Below, in pieces: positions 25,897 through 36,260 of a DNA stretch of 64,000 bases. The position numbers were made by a program, and so were the translations under genes. The notes under the pieces are model-generated. The model had not been told where the DNA came from. It was given only the letters and a program-made list of their open reading frames with translations, and made no database searches. Every line of letters begins with the position of its first letter. Within the stretch, counting starts at the first letter, position 1. The stretch lies in the IMG/VR virus record IMGVR_UViG_3300032038_000073, positions 1,950 to 65,949 of that record, one strand, 5' to 3'. The DNA comes from a virus. Lineage: Duplodnaviria > Caudoviricetes.

Positions 25897-27567
25897 TTGC
25901 GTTCTGACGATAGACAGATTTACGAGCGACTACAAAGGTCGTATCTCTGTTCACCTACTGGCGTTGAATATCTTGTTTCCTGGGGGAGCGGCGTTTTCAA
26001 TAACGACTACAATGACCGCAAGTATGTTCTTAACCTCACTGATGAAGTGAAGCGTGAGTGCATCAATAAGGTAGCTGACCCTAAGTGCAAGAATCCCGAA
26101 CTGTATAACAATCTCTATTGGCGAATCATGCTCTTTGAGGCACAGAACCGCCAGTTTGATTCCTACCTCATGTATGTTGAGAAGGACCGGCCTTATGAGG
26201 AGCGATTCTATCAGCCGAGAAGAAGGTGTTTCCGTAAAATTGGTCTGATACAGGCTATTCAGTCCATGATTGATGATGAACTGGACGGTCTTTGCATATC
26301 CCTTCCTCCGGGAACTGGTAAGACCACCCTCTCAAAGTTCCTCATATCAGCCGTTATCGGATGGTGGCCCAAAGAGTATAACCTTTTCTTTTCACACTCG
26401 GCGGATATTACCAGGATGTACTATGACGGAGCCTTGGATATTGTCACAAGTCCTGAGTATAATTGGGCCTCTGTTTTCCCGGACCTCAAAGTTTCTCAGC
26501 AAAATGCGAAGATGCAACAATTCAACGTTGGCAAGTATAAGCCCTTCCCTTCGCTGAATACTGCGTCCGTTGGCTCTGAGATGGCTGGTAAGGTTCGTGC
26601 CTCTAAGTTTCTTATGGTCGATGATATGATCGGTAAGATTGAGGAGGCTTTGAACAAGAACACGCTTGATAAGCTGTGGAACATCTATGCGACCGATGCT
26701 TTACAGCGCAAAGTGGACAAATGCAAAGAGATACACATAAGCACCCGGTGGTCGGTTTGGGACGTTATTGGAAGACTACAGACCATTTATGAGAACAATA
26801 AGCGTTGGCGCTTCATAGCCGTTCCTGATATTGACCCGAAAACCGGCGAGAGCAATTTCATGTTCGATGTAAATGGTTTCTCGACTGAGTTTTACAACAA
26901 TCAGGCACTTGTCATGGATGACATTTCCTATCAGTGCCTTTACAAGAACCAGCCGGTCGAGCGTGAGGGACTTCTTTACCACGAAAGCGATCTTCGCAGA
27001 TACCTCTCTCTGCCGGTCGGTGAACCCGATGCGATTCTCGGTGTTTGCGATACTAAAGCATCCGGCGTTGACTTCATGGTACTGCCTGTCATGTATCAGT
27101 ATGGTGACGATTTCTACATGGTCGATACCATCTGTGATGACAGCTCTGATTTCAATTTCCAATATGCCCGTATTTCAAACATTATTTTCCAACACAATAT
27201 GCAACAGTGCGAGTTTGAATCGAATGCCGGTGGTGACAGAATTGCGTGGGAAGTCAAACAGAGACTTGATGCTGTTTCCTGCCGGTGTAATGTCACGACT
27301 AAGCCGACTGAGACGAACAAGGAGACAAGGATCATCGTCAACTCCGACTGGATTAAGAAACATGTTCTCTTCAAGGACAAGTCGCTTTATTCCCAGAAGG
27401 ACGATTACGGTCGCTTCATGAGTATGCTCGTCACCTACTCAGTATCGGGCAAGAACAAACACGATGATGTTCCTGACTGTCTCGCCAACTTCGCACTCTT
27501 CATTACTCGTAAACTCAATTTCCGGCCCACAATAATCATGCAGTCCCCATTTGGAGGTAGGCGATGA
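25897..27567 (+). CDS. terL: terminase large subunit
   Basis: ISLPPGTGKTT Walker A, MVDDMI Walker B, C-term nuclease CDT...HDDVPD. Confidence 0.93.
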   Translation: MRSDDRQIYERLQRSYLCSPTGVEYLVSWGSGVFNNDYNDRKYVLNLTDEVKRECINKVADPKCKNPELYNNLYWRIMLFEAQNRQFDSYLMYVEKDRPYEERFYQPRRRCFRKIGLIQAIQSMIDDELDGLCISLPPGTGKTTLSKFLISAVIGWWPKEYNLFFSHSADITRMYYDGALDIVTSPEYNWASVFPDLKVSQQNAKMQQFNVGKYKPFPSLNTASVGSEMAGKVRASKFLMVDDMIGKIEEALNKNTLDKLWNIYATDALQRKVDKCKEIHISTRWSVWDVIGRLQTIYENNKRWRFIAVPDIDPKTGESNFMFDVNGFSTEFYNNQALVMDDISYQCLYKNQPVEREGLLYHESDLRRYLSLPVGEPDAILGVCDTKASGVDFMVLPVMYQYGDDFYMVDTICDDSSDFNFQYARISNIIFQHNMQQCEFESNAGGDRIAWEVKQRLDAVSCRCNVTTKPTETNKETRIIVNSDWIKKHVLFKDKSLYSQKDDYGRFMSMLVTYSVSGKNKHDDVPDCLANFALFITRKLNFRPTIIMQSPFGGRR

Positions 27568-28046
27568 CGAAAGAAAGCCTTGGACAGTACGGCGACCTTG
27601 TTAGGGAATATGGCGAAGTCAGAGAGAAGATTTGGAGCATCAACAAGAAAATTGAGCGCATCGAACAGCGGATGAAGAGCATCGAGCAGGAGGGTGTGGT
27701 CAAGGATAAAGTCTATGGCGGAGAAGGTGGCGTACAAGGCTTTGTCATAGAGGGTTACGCATCCGGCGATTACTCACGGACTAAAACTTCCCTTCAACAG
27801 CAGAAGTTGCTCCTTCTCAACACGCAAGCCACTCTCAATAAACTGTCCGTTGATATTCAAGCGGAGCGATGCAGGATAGAAGAGTTCATTGCTCACATTC
27901 CTGATTCCCACATCAGGCGTATTCTCAACTATCGTCTGGTCAAGGGTATGCAGTGGGAGGATATTGCAATTCATATGGGTGGCGGCAACACTGCGGACAG
28001 CGTGAGAATGGCCTATAAGAGATATATAGAGTGTTATTTTGACTAA
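27564..28046 (+). CDS. late transcriptional activator (ArpU/RinA/DUF1492-like)
   Basis: C-term sigma-region-4-like HTH RILNYRLVKGMQWEDIA...DSVRMAYKRY. Confidence 0.75.
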   Translation: MTKESLGQYGDLVREYGEVREKIWSINKKIERIEQRMKSIEQEGVVKDKVYGGEGGVQGFVIEGYASGDYSRTKTSLQQQKLLLLNTQATLNKLSVDIQAERCRIEEFIAHIPDSHIRRILNYRLVKGMQWEDIAIHMGGGNTADSVRMAYKRYIECYFD

Positions 28047-28165
28047 TGTTGTTCGTTTTGTTCGTTTTTGATAAATATTTTGAAAATTGATGATAGGCTC
28101 ACAAACTGGCACTTGGGAAAACCTGGGTGCTTTTTTTCGTACTAAAAAGGGGGTGATGGTGAACC

Positions 28166-29776
28166 TTGGTCAACTATGAGAATACATGGGGAAGGCGAAT
28201 CCTCTATACCGATGTTGCAGAGGTGACGGAGGCTAATGTCATTCCCATTGTACAGACAGCCTATGCAGAACACCTCATGAACATGTCGAACTGCGAATAC
28301 CTCATGCAGTATGAGGCCGGTGAACAGCCCCTTCGCAGAGAGAAACAGGTCCGTGAGGATATTGATGTTCGTTGCGTTGACAATGTTGCCCACCAGGTAA
28401 CGGAGTTCAAAACTTCATATATATGGAGCAATCCTATTACGCTTGTCCAGCGTGGAAGAGTTGATGTTGGCGAATCCAAGGATGAAACAAAAGCGATTGC
28501 GCTTCTGAACGAATCCTACGCTTCTATCGGGATTGGCAGAAAAACTCAGGACCTTGGCAGATACGTTGAGATCACTGGCGTTGGATATACCTACGTTGGC
28601 CTTAACAATGATGAAGATGACATTTCTCCGTTCAGTGTTGAGGTACTTGACCCTCGGTACACGTTCGTTATCCGCTCTTCCAGATACATTGACAGGCGCA
28701 TCATGGCAGCGGTCACTTACAGCTTCAATGATGACGGCGACCTGTTCTTCACTGTTTTCACTAAGGACTTGCGCTTTGAACTGCATGGCATTGGTAGCGA
28801 GAAGAAGGATGTGCCGTGGACGCTTGAAAGGGTAGGTTCCGCTCGTATGCCTGGTGGAATCCGCAATCCGCTCGGTGCAATCCCGATTGTCGAGTGGGAG
28901 AGAAGCTCTGATCGTATGGGATGTTTCGAGCGAGTAATCAGTGAGTGTGATAACCTCAACCTCATGATTTCCGACTTCTCCAACGATGTTGAGAACAACT
29001 GTCAGGCTATCTGGCTCGGTGTCAACATTGACTTCCCGAAGGATGAAAACGGCAATGTTGTGCATCCGACCTCCAACGATTGGGTCATGGGTTACACGAC
29101 TGCTGACGGTAAAACTCCTTCTGTGCATCCGCTGACAGTCGCTTATGACTACAACGGCATGTTACAAAACATCAGCGAAAGACGGTCCTCTATCCTTGAG
29201 AAGTGCAATGTTCCTGAGAGGAACGATAACAAGGGCGGTTCCACTGGTGTTGCAATGAGCGATGCCTCTGGATGGACTTCTGCTGAAATCTCCGCAACGA
29301 GACAGCAGGCGTATATCGAGGCGGCAAAGATGGAAGAGGTAAAACTGGTCCTCAAGGTATGCCGTCTTTCCCCGAAACTGCCGGTCACTTCTCCGCTCAA
29401 GTCTCTCAAGGCTTACGATGTTGAGCCTAATGTCAAGAGGCAGAAAACCTATGAGCTGACCGTCAAGGCCAATGCCGCCGCTACCCTTATCTCTCATGGC
29501 TTCTATGGTGAGGCGGTCATTAAGGCCATCAACCTCTTTAGCGACCCGCAACAGGTTTGGGCCGATTCCAAGGACGGTATCGAGAAGTTCCAGAAGTCAC
29601 TTTATGAGAAGGGCGAATCTTCCGGCGAATCTTACAACGGCGAGGGCTTCTACCAGAACAGGCCGACTGCCGGTGGAGCCGAGGGTGGCTCTGGCGAGAA
29701 AGCCCCGAATACGGATAGGCGGTCCGCTGACGAATCCGACCAGACGGAGAATAGCCCAACCATTGATAAGAGGTGA
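28166..29776 (+). CDS. portal protein (SPP1 gp6-like)
   Basis: 536 aa after terL; NPLGAIPIVEW...GCFERVISECDNLN. Confidence 0.9.
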   Translation: MVNYENTWGRRILYTDVAEVTEANVIPIVQTAYAEHLMNMSNCEYLMQYEAGEQPLRREKQVREDIDVRCVDNVAHQVTEFKTSYIWSNPITLVQRGRVDVGESKDETKAIALLNESYASIGIGRKTQDLGRYVEITGVGYTYVGLNNDEDDISPFSVEVLDPRYTFVIRSSRYIDRRIMAAVTYSFNDDGDLFFTVFTKDLRFELHGIGSEKKDVPWTLERVGSARMPGGIRNPLGAIPIVEWERSSDRMGCFERVISECDNLNLMISDFSNDVENNCQAIWLGVNIDFPKDENGNVVHPTSNDWVMGYTTADGKTPSVHPLTVAYDYNGMLQNISERRSSILEKCNVPERNDNKGGSTGVAMSDASGWTSAEISATRQQAYIEAAKMEEVKLVLKVCRLSPKLPVTSPLKSLKAYDVEPNVKRQKTYELTVKANAAATLISHGFYGEAVIKAINLFSDPQQVWADSKDGIEKFQKSLYEKGESSGESYNGEGFYQNRPTAGGAEGGSGEKAPNTDRRSADESDQTENSPTIDKR

Positions 29777-29781
29777 CGCTT

Positions 29782-30546
29782 ATGGCTTACCTGTCTTTCG
29801 ATGAAATCAACGCCCTTGGCTATAAGAGACGGTCTGAGCCGATTGACGAATACTTCCTCGTGATGGATATTCCGAAACCCGCCGTTGACAGGCGAGTAGC
29901 TATCGCAAGACGGATCAAGTCGGTCATCATTGATTACCTCAAGATGATTGACGAGTATATCAATACGCTTGGGTCTTATGCCTTTGACATTGCTCAGAGA
30001 TACCTTGAAGAAGGACTGAGAGAGGCTATTGAAGCGTCCGGGCATGAGATTGACGAATATCTCACTGAGTATATCGCTATCACGGCCTTCAAGATAAACG
30101 ATGTTTCCCGGCGAAGAATCAGACCTTCCAATGAGGAAGGTGCGGCTGAAAGCTCCCGAACGTCACGAAGAGGTTATGAGGAGCCGGAAGATGAAGTTCC
30201 TGACGAATCCGAGGACAGAGAAGAGGATGACTTACTTCCTTATTACATGTACTTCGATTCTGAGGACAGGGCCGAGTTCATTGCCGAGGATGAAACAAAC
30301 TCCATTGAGGGCTATGAGGATTTTCTTGTTGCTCTCATGCGAGGTTTTACTACTAAGACTTGGAACACTATGCAGGATAAGCGAGTGAGAGATACACACG
30401 TTAAAGCAGAAGGGCAGACGGTCCCGATTGGTGAGTTCTTCCACGTTGGCAATGCCTTACTGATGTTCCCAAGAGATACCGTCAATGGTGCTGATTACCC
30501 GGAAGAATTAGTGAACTGCCGGTGCTGGCTCACATTTGGCGGATGA
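29782..30546 (+). CDS. head morphogenesis protein (gpF/SPP1 gp7-like)
   Basis: KTWNTMQDKRVRDTH...FPRD...EELVNCRC. Confidence 0.85.
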   Translation: MAYLSFDEINALGYKRRSEPIDEYFLVMDIPKPAVDRRVAIARRIKSVIIDYLKMIDEYINTLGSYAFDIAQRYLEEGLREAIEASGHEIDEYLTEYIAITAFKINDVSRRRIRPSNEEGAAESSRTSRRGYEEPEDEVPDESEDREEDDLLPYYMYFDSEDRAEFIAEDETNSIEGYEDFLVALMRGFTTKTWNTMQDKRVRDTHVKAEGQTVPIGEFFHVGNALLMFPRDTVNGADYPEELVNCRCWLTFGG

Positions 30547-30564
30547 ATTTCATAACAATAATCA

Positions 30565-30589
30565 GAGGTCCTTTCGGGGGCCTCTTTTT
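30565..30589 (+). terminator. rho-independent terminator
   Basis: AGAGGTCC-TTTCGG-GGGCCTCT plus T run. Confidence 0.65.
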
Positions 30590-30726
30590 ATATATCGTGC
30601 GGAGATGCACGTTAAAAAGCGCAAAAAACTCCCTAACAAATTTCTCACTAACAACCGACAAGAGAATGTCGTTAATCACGCAAAAGTGCGGAGATGCACT
30701 TAAAAAAGCGCAGAAAGGAATTGAAA

Positions 30727-31269
30727 ATGCCCGAAGAGATCAAGAATCCCGAAGTTGTAGAGACTGTTGAAGCTGAGAATCCGGCTAATGAGGAAAAGAA
30801 GGATGAACCGTCTGTTCAGGACCTTATGAACCAGATTGCTACTCTCAAGCGTTCTCTCGACAAGGCTACTGCCGAAGCTGCTGAGAACAAGCGCAAGTAC
30901 AGGGACACCCTCAGTGCTACTGAAAAGGCTTCTCAGGAAAAGGCCGAGGCCGCTGCCGCCGAAGCTGAAAGAGTAAAGGGCCTTGAAAGACAGGTTGCTC
31001 TTTACGGATTGGAAAAGCAGTATTCCAGACTTGGCTACTCCCCGGAAGATGCCGCTAAAGCCGCTACCTACCAGTATGACGGCGATACTGATTCCCTGTT
31101 CAAATTACAGGAAGGCATTCAGAAGGCCAGAGACGCACAGCTCCGCACGGCTATTGAGCAGGAGATTTACAAGAATATTCCTGACCCGAAACACGGTACT
31201 GGCAGTCAGGAAGAGGAGGACCCCTTCATTAAGGGCTTCAATTCCATCAAACCGCCCTACGCACGTTAA
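30727..31269 (+). CDS. capsid scaffolding protein
   Basis: Charged coiled coil between gpF and the capsid gene. Confidence 0.75.
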   Translation: MPEEIKNPEVVETVEAENPANEEKKDEPSVQDLMNQIATLKRSLDKATAEAAENKRKYRDTLSATEKASQEKAEAAAAEAERVKGLERQVALYGLEKQYSRLGYSPEDAAKAATYQYDGDTDSLFKLQEGIQKARDAQLRTAIEQEIYKNIPDPKHGTGSQEEEDPFIKGFNSIKPPYAR

Positions 31270-31305
31270 ATAACATTTCCGCATTAAGCGGAGGAGGAAA
31301 AAATT

Positions 31306-33026
31306 ATGACTTATGCTGAGAAGTATTCTCCGGTAGTGGACCAGAGATTTGCTCTTGGTTCCCTTACCAACTCCATCGTCAACCAGAACTTTGACTGGGT
31401 TGGCGTTAGTGCTGTTCACGTTTTCTCTCGTGACCTTGCAACTCTGAATGACTATTCTACCACTGGTTCCAACCGCTACGGCACTCCGACTGAACTTGGC
31501 AACGCTGACCAGGAACTGATCCTGACTCAGGACAAGTCTATGACCTGGACCATCGACCGCAAGTCCATGGATGACACTATGGGCACTATGGAGGCTGCTG
31601 CTACTCTGGCTGAGAACATCGATAACGTGGTCATTCCTAGATTTTGGGCTATCGCAGCGTAAGTTGCGATTGAATCCTACTTAATTGCTGGAAACTCTTG
31701 AGCGCATTTTGATAGGTGGTGCTCAAGACAATCAGCAGCCAAATTGAATAACGTAAGCACGAACACTTAATTGGAGGTCGTAATAATGGAACTTTGGAAA
31801 CCTGTTGAAGGGTTTGAAGGTTACTATGAGGTTTCATCGCTCGGAAGGGTTAGGGGCGTTGATAGGCTTGTTTGCACTGGCATCAAACATAGTGAAAAAC
31901 GAGTTGTCAAAGGCAAAATACTCAAGCCAAATCTGAAAAAGAGCGGATATTTGAGCGTTGATTTGAAGTGCGGACAAAAAAGCAAAACAGTCAGCGTTCA
32001 TCGACTTGTTGCAATAGCTTTTTGTGAGCATGAACCCGGTAAAGATGCTGTCAACCACAAGAACCTCGACAAAACAGATAACAGAGCAATCAATCTTGAA
32101 TGGTGTACATACAAAGAAAATTCACTTCATGCAGTTCGAAACGGTGCTATGCCGGGAAAAGAATTGAAGAAGAAAATTCGTTGTTGTGAGACTGGTCAGG
32201 TGTTTGATAGCAGTTATCGGGCTGCCGACTGGCTGAACAGGACAAAGTTCAATTACACAAAGCAAGTGACCCATATGGCACAAAATATAAGAGGCTGTTG
32301 CCTTGGACATAAAAAATCGGCGTATGGCTATCACTGGAAAGACGTTATTCAAGAAGGTTCAACGACTAGCCCTTGATGGGCGTACACGCAAGTGCGTGGA
32401 AATGGTAGGCACTCCGTAAAGGAGTTGAAGATATAGTCTTATCTATGTAGTAATACATAGCTGTTTTGCAAAACAGGGTGCAGATTAACGAACTGCATTG
32501 AAAATAAATGGCTATTGATACCTATCGCCTTGGTGTTATCGCCGGTGCTGCTCCGGTTGCTGGTGCTGTCTCTGGTGTTTCTCATATCGTCACCAGTGCC
32601 GCTTCTGCCGCCAACGCCTACGAGATTTTCCTTAACCTTCAGGAACTTCTTGATAATGACAAGGCTCCGGTCGGCGGTCGTATCGCCGTTTGCACTCCGG
32701 CTTTCTACAACTTCCTCAAGCTGAACCAGAACTTCGTCCGCTCCGGCGATCTCTCTCAGAGAATGCTTCTGAACGGTCAGGTTGGTGAGGTTGACGGTGT
32801 TTCCATCATCAAGGTTCCGACCTCCTACATGCCTGCGAACACCGACCTTCTTATCACCAATCCGCTTGTCGCTCCCGGCCCGATCAAGCTGAGAGAGTTT
32901 AAGATCCACTTCGATGCTCCGGGAATCAGCGGTGCGCTTGTTGAGGCTCGTTTCAGATATGACTGCTTCGCCCTCAACAAGAAGAAGGATGCAATCGCTG
33001 TCCACAAGACACCGACTACTCCGTAA
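31306..33026 (+). CDS. major capsid protein, spliced (exons 31306-31638 and 32511-33026; 282 aa)
   Basis: Joined frame reads NVVIP|AIDTYRL; exon 2 has GQVGEVDGVSIIKVP, GALVEARFRYDCF. Confidence 0.88.
31639..32510 (+). mobile_element. group I intron in major capsid gene
   Basis: P AATTGCTGGAAA (31683), Q AATCAGCAGCC (31730), R GTTCAACGACTAG (32357), S AAGATATAGTCT (32428); U-G pair in P1; terminal G. Confidence 0.9.
31786..32376 (+). CDS. intron-encoded HNH homing endonuclease (NUMOD4-HNH-NUMOD1)
   Basis: ELWKPVEGFEGYYEVSSLGRVR; HRLVAIAF...VNHKNLDKTDNRAINLEW. Confidence 0.93.
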   Translation: MELWKPVEGFEGYYEVSSLGRVRGVDRLVCTGIKHSEKRVVKGKILKPNLKKSGYLSVDLKCGQKSKTVSVHRLVAIAFCEHEPGKDAVNHKNLDKTDNRAINLEWCTYKENSLHAVRNGAMPGKELKKKIRCCETGQVFDSSYRAADWLNRTKFNYTKQVTHMAQNIRGCCLGHKKSAYGYHWKDVIQEGSTTSP

Positions 33027-33044
33027 TGATCGGGAGGTTGCCTA

Positions 33045-33224
33045 ATGTACAAGGTGAGAAAAGGCAAAGAGACCTGGAATCTTAGCAACGAGGACCATCT
33101 TAAAGCGTTCCTTCGTGAGGGATGGGAGCTTGTTGTTGAAGAGGAGCAGGAAGTCGAGGCCGCCCCCGAAGTACATGAGGAAGTTCCTAAGAAACGCACT
33201 ACACGGCGAAAGAAAGCCGAATAA
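33045..33224 (+). CDS. small head-associated protein not in the ORF track
   Basis: GGGAGG RBS; 59 aa. Confidence 0.6.
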   Translation: MYKVRKGKETWNLSNEDHLKAFLREGWELVVEEEQEVEAAPEVHEEVPKKRTTRRKKAE

Positions 33225-33237
33225 GCGAGGTACGGAC

Positions 33238-33600
33238 ATGGCAAGCACGTTTGACGAGCTTAAAGCCGAAGTCCTCAGTGGGTTGATCCTTGAGGTTTCC
33301 GATGAACCAACCTACAACGAGGAAAAGCTGAGAGAAAAGGTCAATAACGCATTCCGGGAGGTAAAGCGTGAAAGGCTCCGTGGCATTGGTGGTATGTATC
33401 CTTCTCATTACACAGAAGCTATGCAGACTGCCGACATGGAGCAGTTTTATTCCAACATCCGTGGCCTTGCCCTTTATGACTACAACCAGATAGGACTTGA
33501 GGGGCAGACTTCTTCAACCGAGAGTGCTATTACGAGGACCTATGTCAATCGCAATAGTCTCTTCGTTGGCGTACTGCCTCTCTCGCCTGTCTTTAAATGA
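33238..33600 (+). CDS. head-tail connector/adaptor
   Basis: Position; LALYDYNQIGLEGQTSSTESAITRTY. Confidence 0.75.
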   Translation: MASTFDELKAEVLSGLILEVSDEPTYNEEKLREKVNNAFREVKRERLRGIGGMYPSHYTEAMQTADMEQFYSNIRGLALYDYNQIGLEGQTSSTESAITRTYVNRNSLFVGVLPLSPVFK

Positions 33601-33687
33601 TGGGATTGGTGCGAGTTATACGGTCCACCTCCCACGATTGCCGTATAGCGCAGGGACTCCGTTTATGTGGAGAGGGGTTGGTTTTAA

Positions 33688-34023
33688 ATGACACCGGAAG
33701 TGATCGAGATCATGAAATGGGCGTTCACTACTCTTCTGACGGTCATAACGGTGTACGTTGCGGTGAGTAATTTCAACCGCAGTAAAGCCGAAAGTGACAA
33801 GTCGGAACTGGAAGAACGTGTAAAACGTGAAGCCCGGACTGATGCGAAACTTGATGAAAGTATTCAGTTAGGCCGGGACACAAAAGAATCGGTATCTGAA
33901 TTGCGGAGAGAAATCGGTTCCCACAGTGACAGAATCCTCAGAGCAGAAGAATCGCTAAAGTCTCTTCACAAGAGGGTTGATACCATGGAAAACCGACTTA
34001 ACTCCTTGAAAGAGGGTGATTGA
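33688..34023 (+). CDS. TM plus coiled-coil protein (holin-associated)
   Basis: N-term TM helix, RILRAEESLKSLHKRVD. Confidence 0.6.
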   Translation: MTPEVIEIMKWAFTTLLTVITVYVAVSNFNRSKAESDKSELEERVKREARTDAKLDESIQLGRDTKESVSELRREIGSHSDRILRAEESLKSLHKRVDTMENRLNSLKEGD

Positions 34024-34024
34024 A

Positions 34025-34228
34025 ATGAGTGAAAACGATAGAAAGACAATCATGGAGCGACTTCGCAGCTGGCCTGTTTGGGTGGCTGTCATCGGTCAGA
34101 TTGTTACCATTGTTGCTCTTGTTAACCCTGATATTGCCGAGGTCGTGAGAGTGGTAATGACTTCCCTGGGAACCATTGCTACTGCTTTTGGCATCCTCAA
34201 CAATCCGGCGAGTTCTGAAAACTTCTAA
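34025..34228 (+). CDS. putative holin
   Basis: RLRSWPVWVAVI...two TM helices...FGILNNP. Confidence 0.7.
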   Translation: MSENDRKTIMERLRSWPVWVAVIGQIVTIVALVNPDIAEVVRVVMTSLGTIATAFGILNNPASSENF

Positions 34229-34242
34229 GGTGGTGTTGCCCC

Positions 34243-34707
34243 ATGCGTACTGCAAGAAAGAATGAGCAGAGAATATGGTATTCGGTTCTGTCCTCTGAAT
34301 CTGACGGTTACAAGACCTGTGACGATGGAGAGGACCTTTATATTGAGGTAGATGGTGAGCGTGTGCCGGTTGAGACTGGCGTTCCTCATGCTACCTATAC
34401 AATGCCTGTAGAAGATACAGCCCATATCACTCCGCTTGGTTCCGAATCGTATGCAAGGGGCAACAAGGCTTTAGACGAATTTTACGGCGTTGATGTAAGT
34501 AAGTATGAAGCACTTATCGTTGCTGTAAAGGGAATGCTTGGCCTTAACGAAACTGCTATTGTATGGCATCAGCATGAGCCTGTTTACCTCTCTGACGGCT
34601 CCGTAGACCCATTATCGGCAGATTATCAGGTGAGGCGTGTTGCTTATTCTTTGAACAACGAATTGTTCCTTATGACTAGACAGGAGCGTGGTGGCGATGG
34701 TAATTGA
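34243..34707 (+). CDS. head closure protein
   Basis: MRTARKNEQRIWY...ADYQVRRVAYSLN; position. Confidence 0.7.
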   Translation: MRTARKNEQRIWYSVLSSESDGYKTCDDGEDLYIEVDGERVPVETGVPHATYTMPVEDTAHITPLGSESYARGNKALDEFYGVDVSKYEALIVAVKGMLGLNETAIVWHQHEPVYLSDGSVDPLSADYQVRRVAYSLNNELFLMTRQERGGDGN

Positions 34708-35236
34708 GATCAATCCTCTGTCTACTAAGTCGATTGAAGCGGCCATTAAGCAGATAGAGGAGTATCGCAACTCGCTTGAAGGTAAATGTCAGGAACTTAT
34801 TCAACGACTGGCTGAGATAGGTGTTGAGGTAATTGAAACAAACATTACTTCTGCACAGACAGATGATTCCGATAAGACACATAAGATTGACAAGGACACG
34901 AACAACACTAAGGGCCACGCCGAACTTGTTCTCAAGGTAAAGGGCGAGGATTTGGTCTTTATTGAGTTTGGTGCAGGCGTTCACTTCAATGGCCCGGTTG
35001 GAACCGCCGTTTCTCCTGTTGGTGAGCAGCTTGGCTTCACTATCGGTAGCTACAGTGATTACGGTCCGGGTGGCAAGTCCTTTGGTCAGTTTGATATGTG
35101 GTATTATCGTGGGCCTGACGGCGAGGAAAAATACACTCATGGTACTGAGGGCACTGCCCCCGTCTACAATGCGTCTCTCGAAATGAGGAGAAAGATAATC
35201 GAGATTGCGAAAGAAGTATTCGGCAAAGGACGGTGA
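34697..35236 (+). CDS. tail completion protein (HK97 gp10-like)
   Basis: LVFIEFGAG...THGTEG; position. Confidence 0.7.
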   Translation: MVIEINPLSTKSIEAAIKQIEEYRNSLEGKCQELIQRLAEIGVEVIETNITSAQTDDSDKTHKIDKDTNNTKGHAELVLKVKGEDLVFIEFGAGVHFNGPVGTAVSPVGEQLGFTIGSYSDYGPGGKSFGQFDMWYYRGPDGEEKYTHGTEGTAPVYNASLEMRRKIIEIAKEVFGKGR

Positions 35237-35241
35237 TTGAA

Positions 35242-35667
35242 ATGGCATTAACTGAAAATGAGTTATGGTACTCAAACATCGTCCCGGTGGTTTTCACTCG
35301 GTTTAAGGCTGTCATGCGGAAACATCTCAGCACGGACTATCCGAAACTGAAAATCATCTCACCGAATGAATCCTTTGCACCGAGTAATTTCCCGACTATC
35401 TGGCTCCATCTTGTCGATATGAGAGAGAGGGGCAGCGGTCTTGATTTTGGTGCTATCGAGGCTTTCACCGTTACGTTACAGGTCGATACGATTACTCTCA
35501 ACGCCGACGATACAGAGAGGATTCGCAATTATGCGATTAAAGTGTTGCATGACATTGGCTTTAGTGCTTTCTCAATTACGCCGGTCATGCGAGATGGAAA
35601 CAAATGGAATGGTTATGCGAGGTTCCGTAGGCTTGTCCAGGAATCCGATATGACCTTCACTGAATAA
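35242..35667 (+). CDS. tail terminator
   Basis: Position; SNFPTIWL...LQVD. Confidence 0.7.
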   Translation: MALTENELWYSNIVPVVFTRFKAVMRKHLSTDYPKLKIISPNESFAPSNFPTIWLHLVDMRERGSGLDFGAIEAFTVTLQVDTITLNADDTERIRNYAIKVLHDIGFSAFSITPVMRDGNKWNGYARFRRLVQESDMTFTE

Positions 35668-35702
35668 CCAACGGCTTGCAAAAGTCGTAGAAAGGACAAA
35701 AC

Positions 35703-36173
35703 ATGCTTGCAGGTATTTCTACCGTAGGTATTCTTTTTGGTTATGGTACTGGTGCGGAAAAGCCCGCCAAGTTTACCCTTCTGAACCGTATCAACCAGAT
35801 TGGCAGCATCGCTCTCAATCAGGAGAACATTGACGCTTCTGCTCTGGAAGATGCTATCGCCCGGTACGTTGCTGGTCGTGCTGATATTGGTGGTGGCTCC
35901 GTCAACGTCACTATCAACATGACTAACGAGACTGTTGCCGAGTGGGAAGCTCTTATCACTGCTTACCAGGCCCTTACTGGCACTAACAGGATGTACTTTG
36001 AGGTCTATTCTCCGAAGCTGACCAAGGCGTTCTTCTTCGTGGCTCAGCCCCCGGCAAAACTGCCTATGCCTGAAATGGGCCAAAACGGTCTGCTTACCGC
36101 TGAGATTGCTCTGACCATCGAGGAGTATATCGGCCTTGACGCTGCCGTTGCGCCGACTGTTGATGGGAAGTAA
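35703..36173 (+). CDS. major tail protein
   Basis: MLAGISTVGILFGYG...IDASALED...RAD.GG. Confidence 0.85.
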   Translation: MLAGISTVGILFGYGTGAEKPAKFTLLNRINQIGSIALNQENIDASALEDAIARYVAGRADIGGGSVNVTINMTNETVAEWEALITAYQALTGTNRMYFEVYSPKLTKAFFFVAQPPAKLPMPEMGQNGLLTAEIALTIEEYIGLDAAVAPTVDGK

Positions 36174-36260
36174 TTGATCTCTGTAACTAATGTGGGACAT
36201 TCCGATTATGGGGTGTCCCCTTTTTTTATTCTTTTTTAAACAATCGTGGGAGATTTCAAA

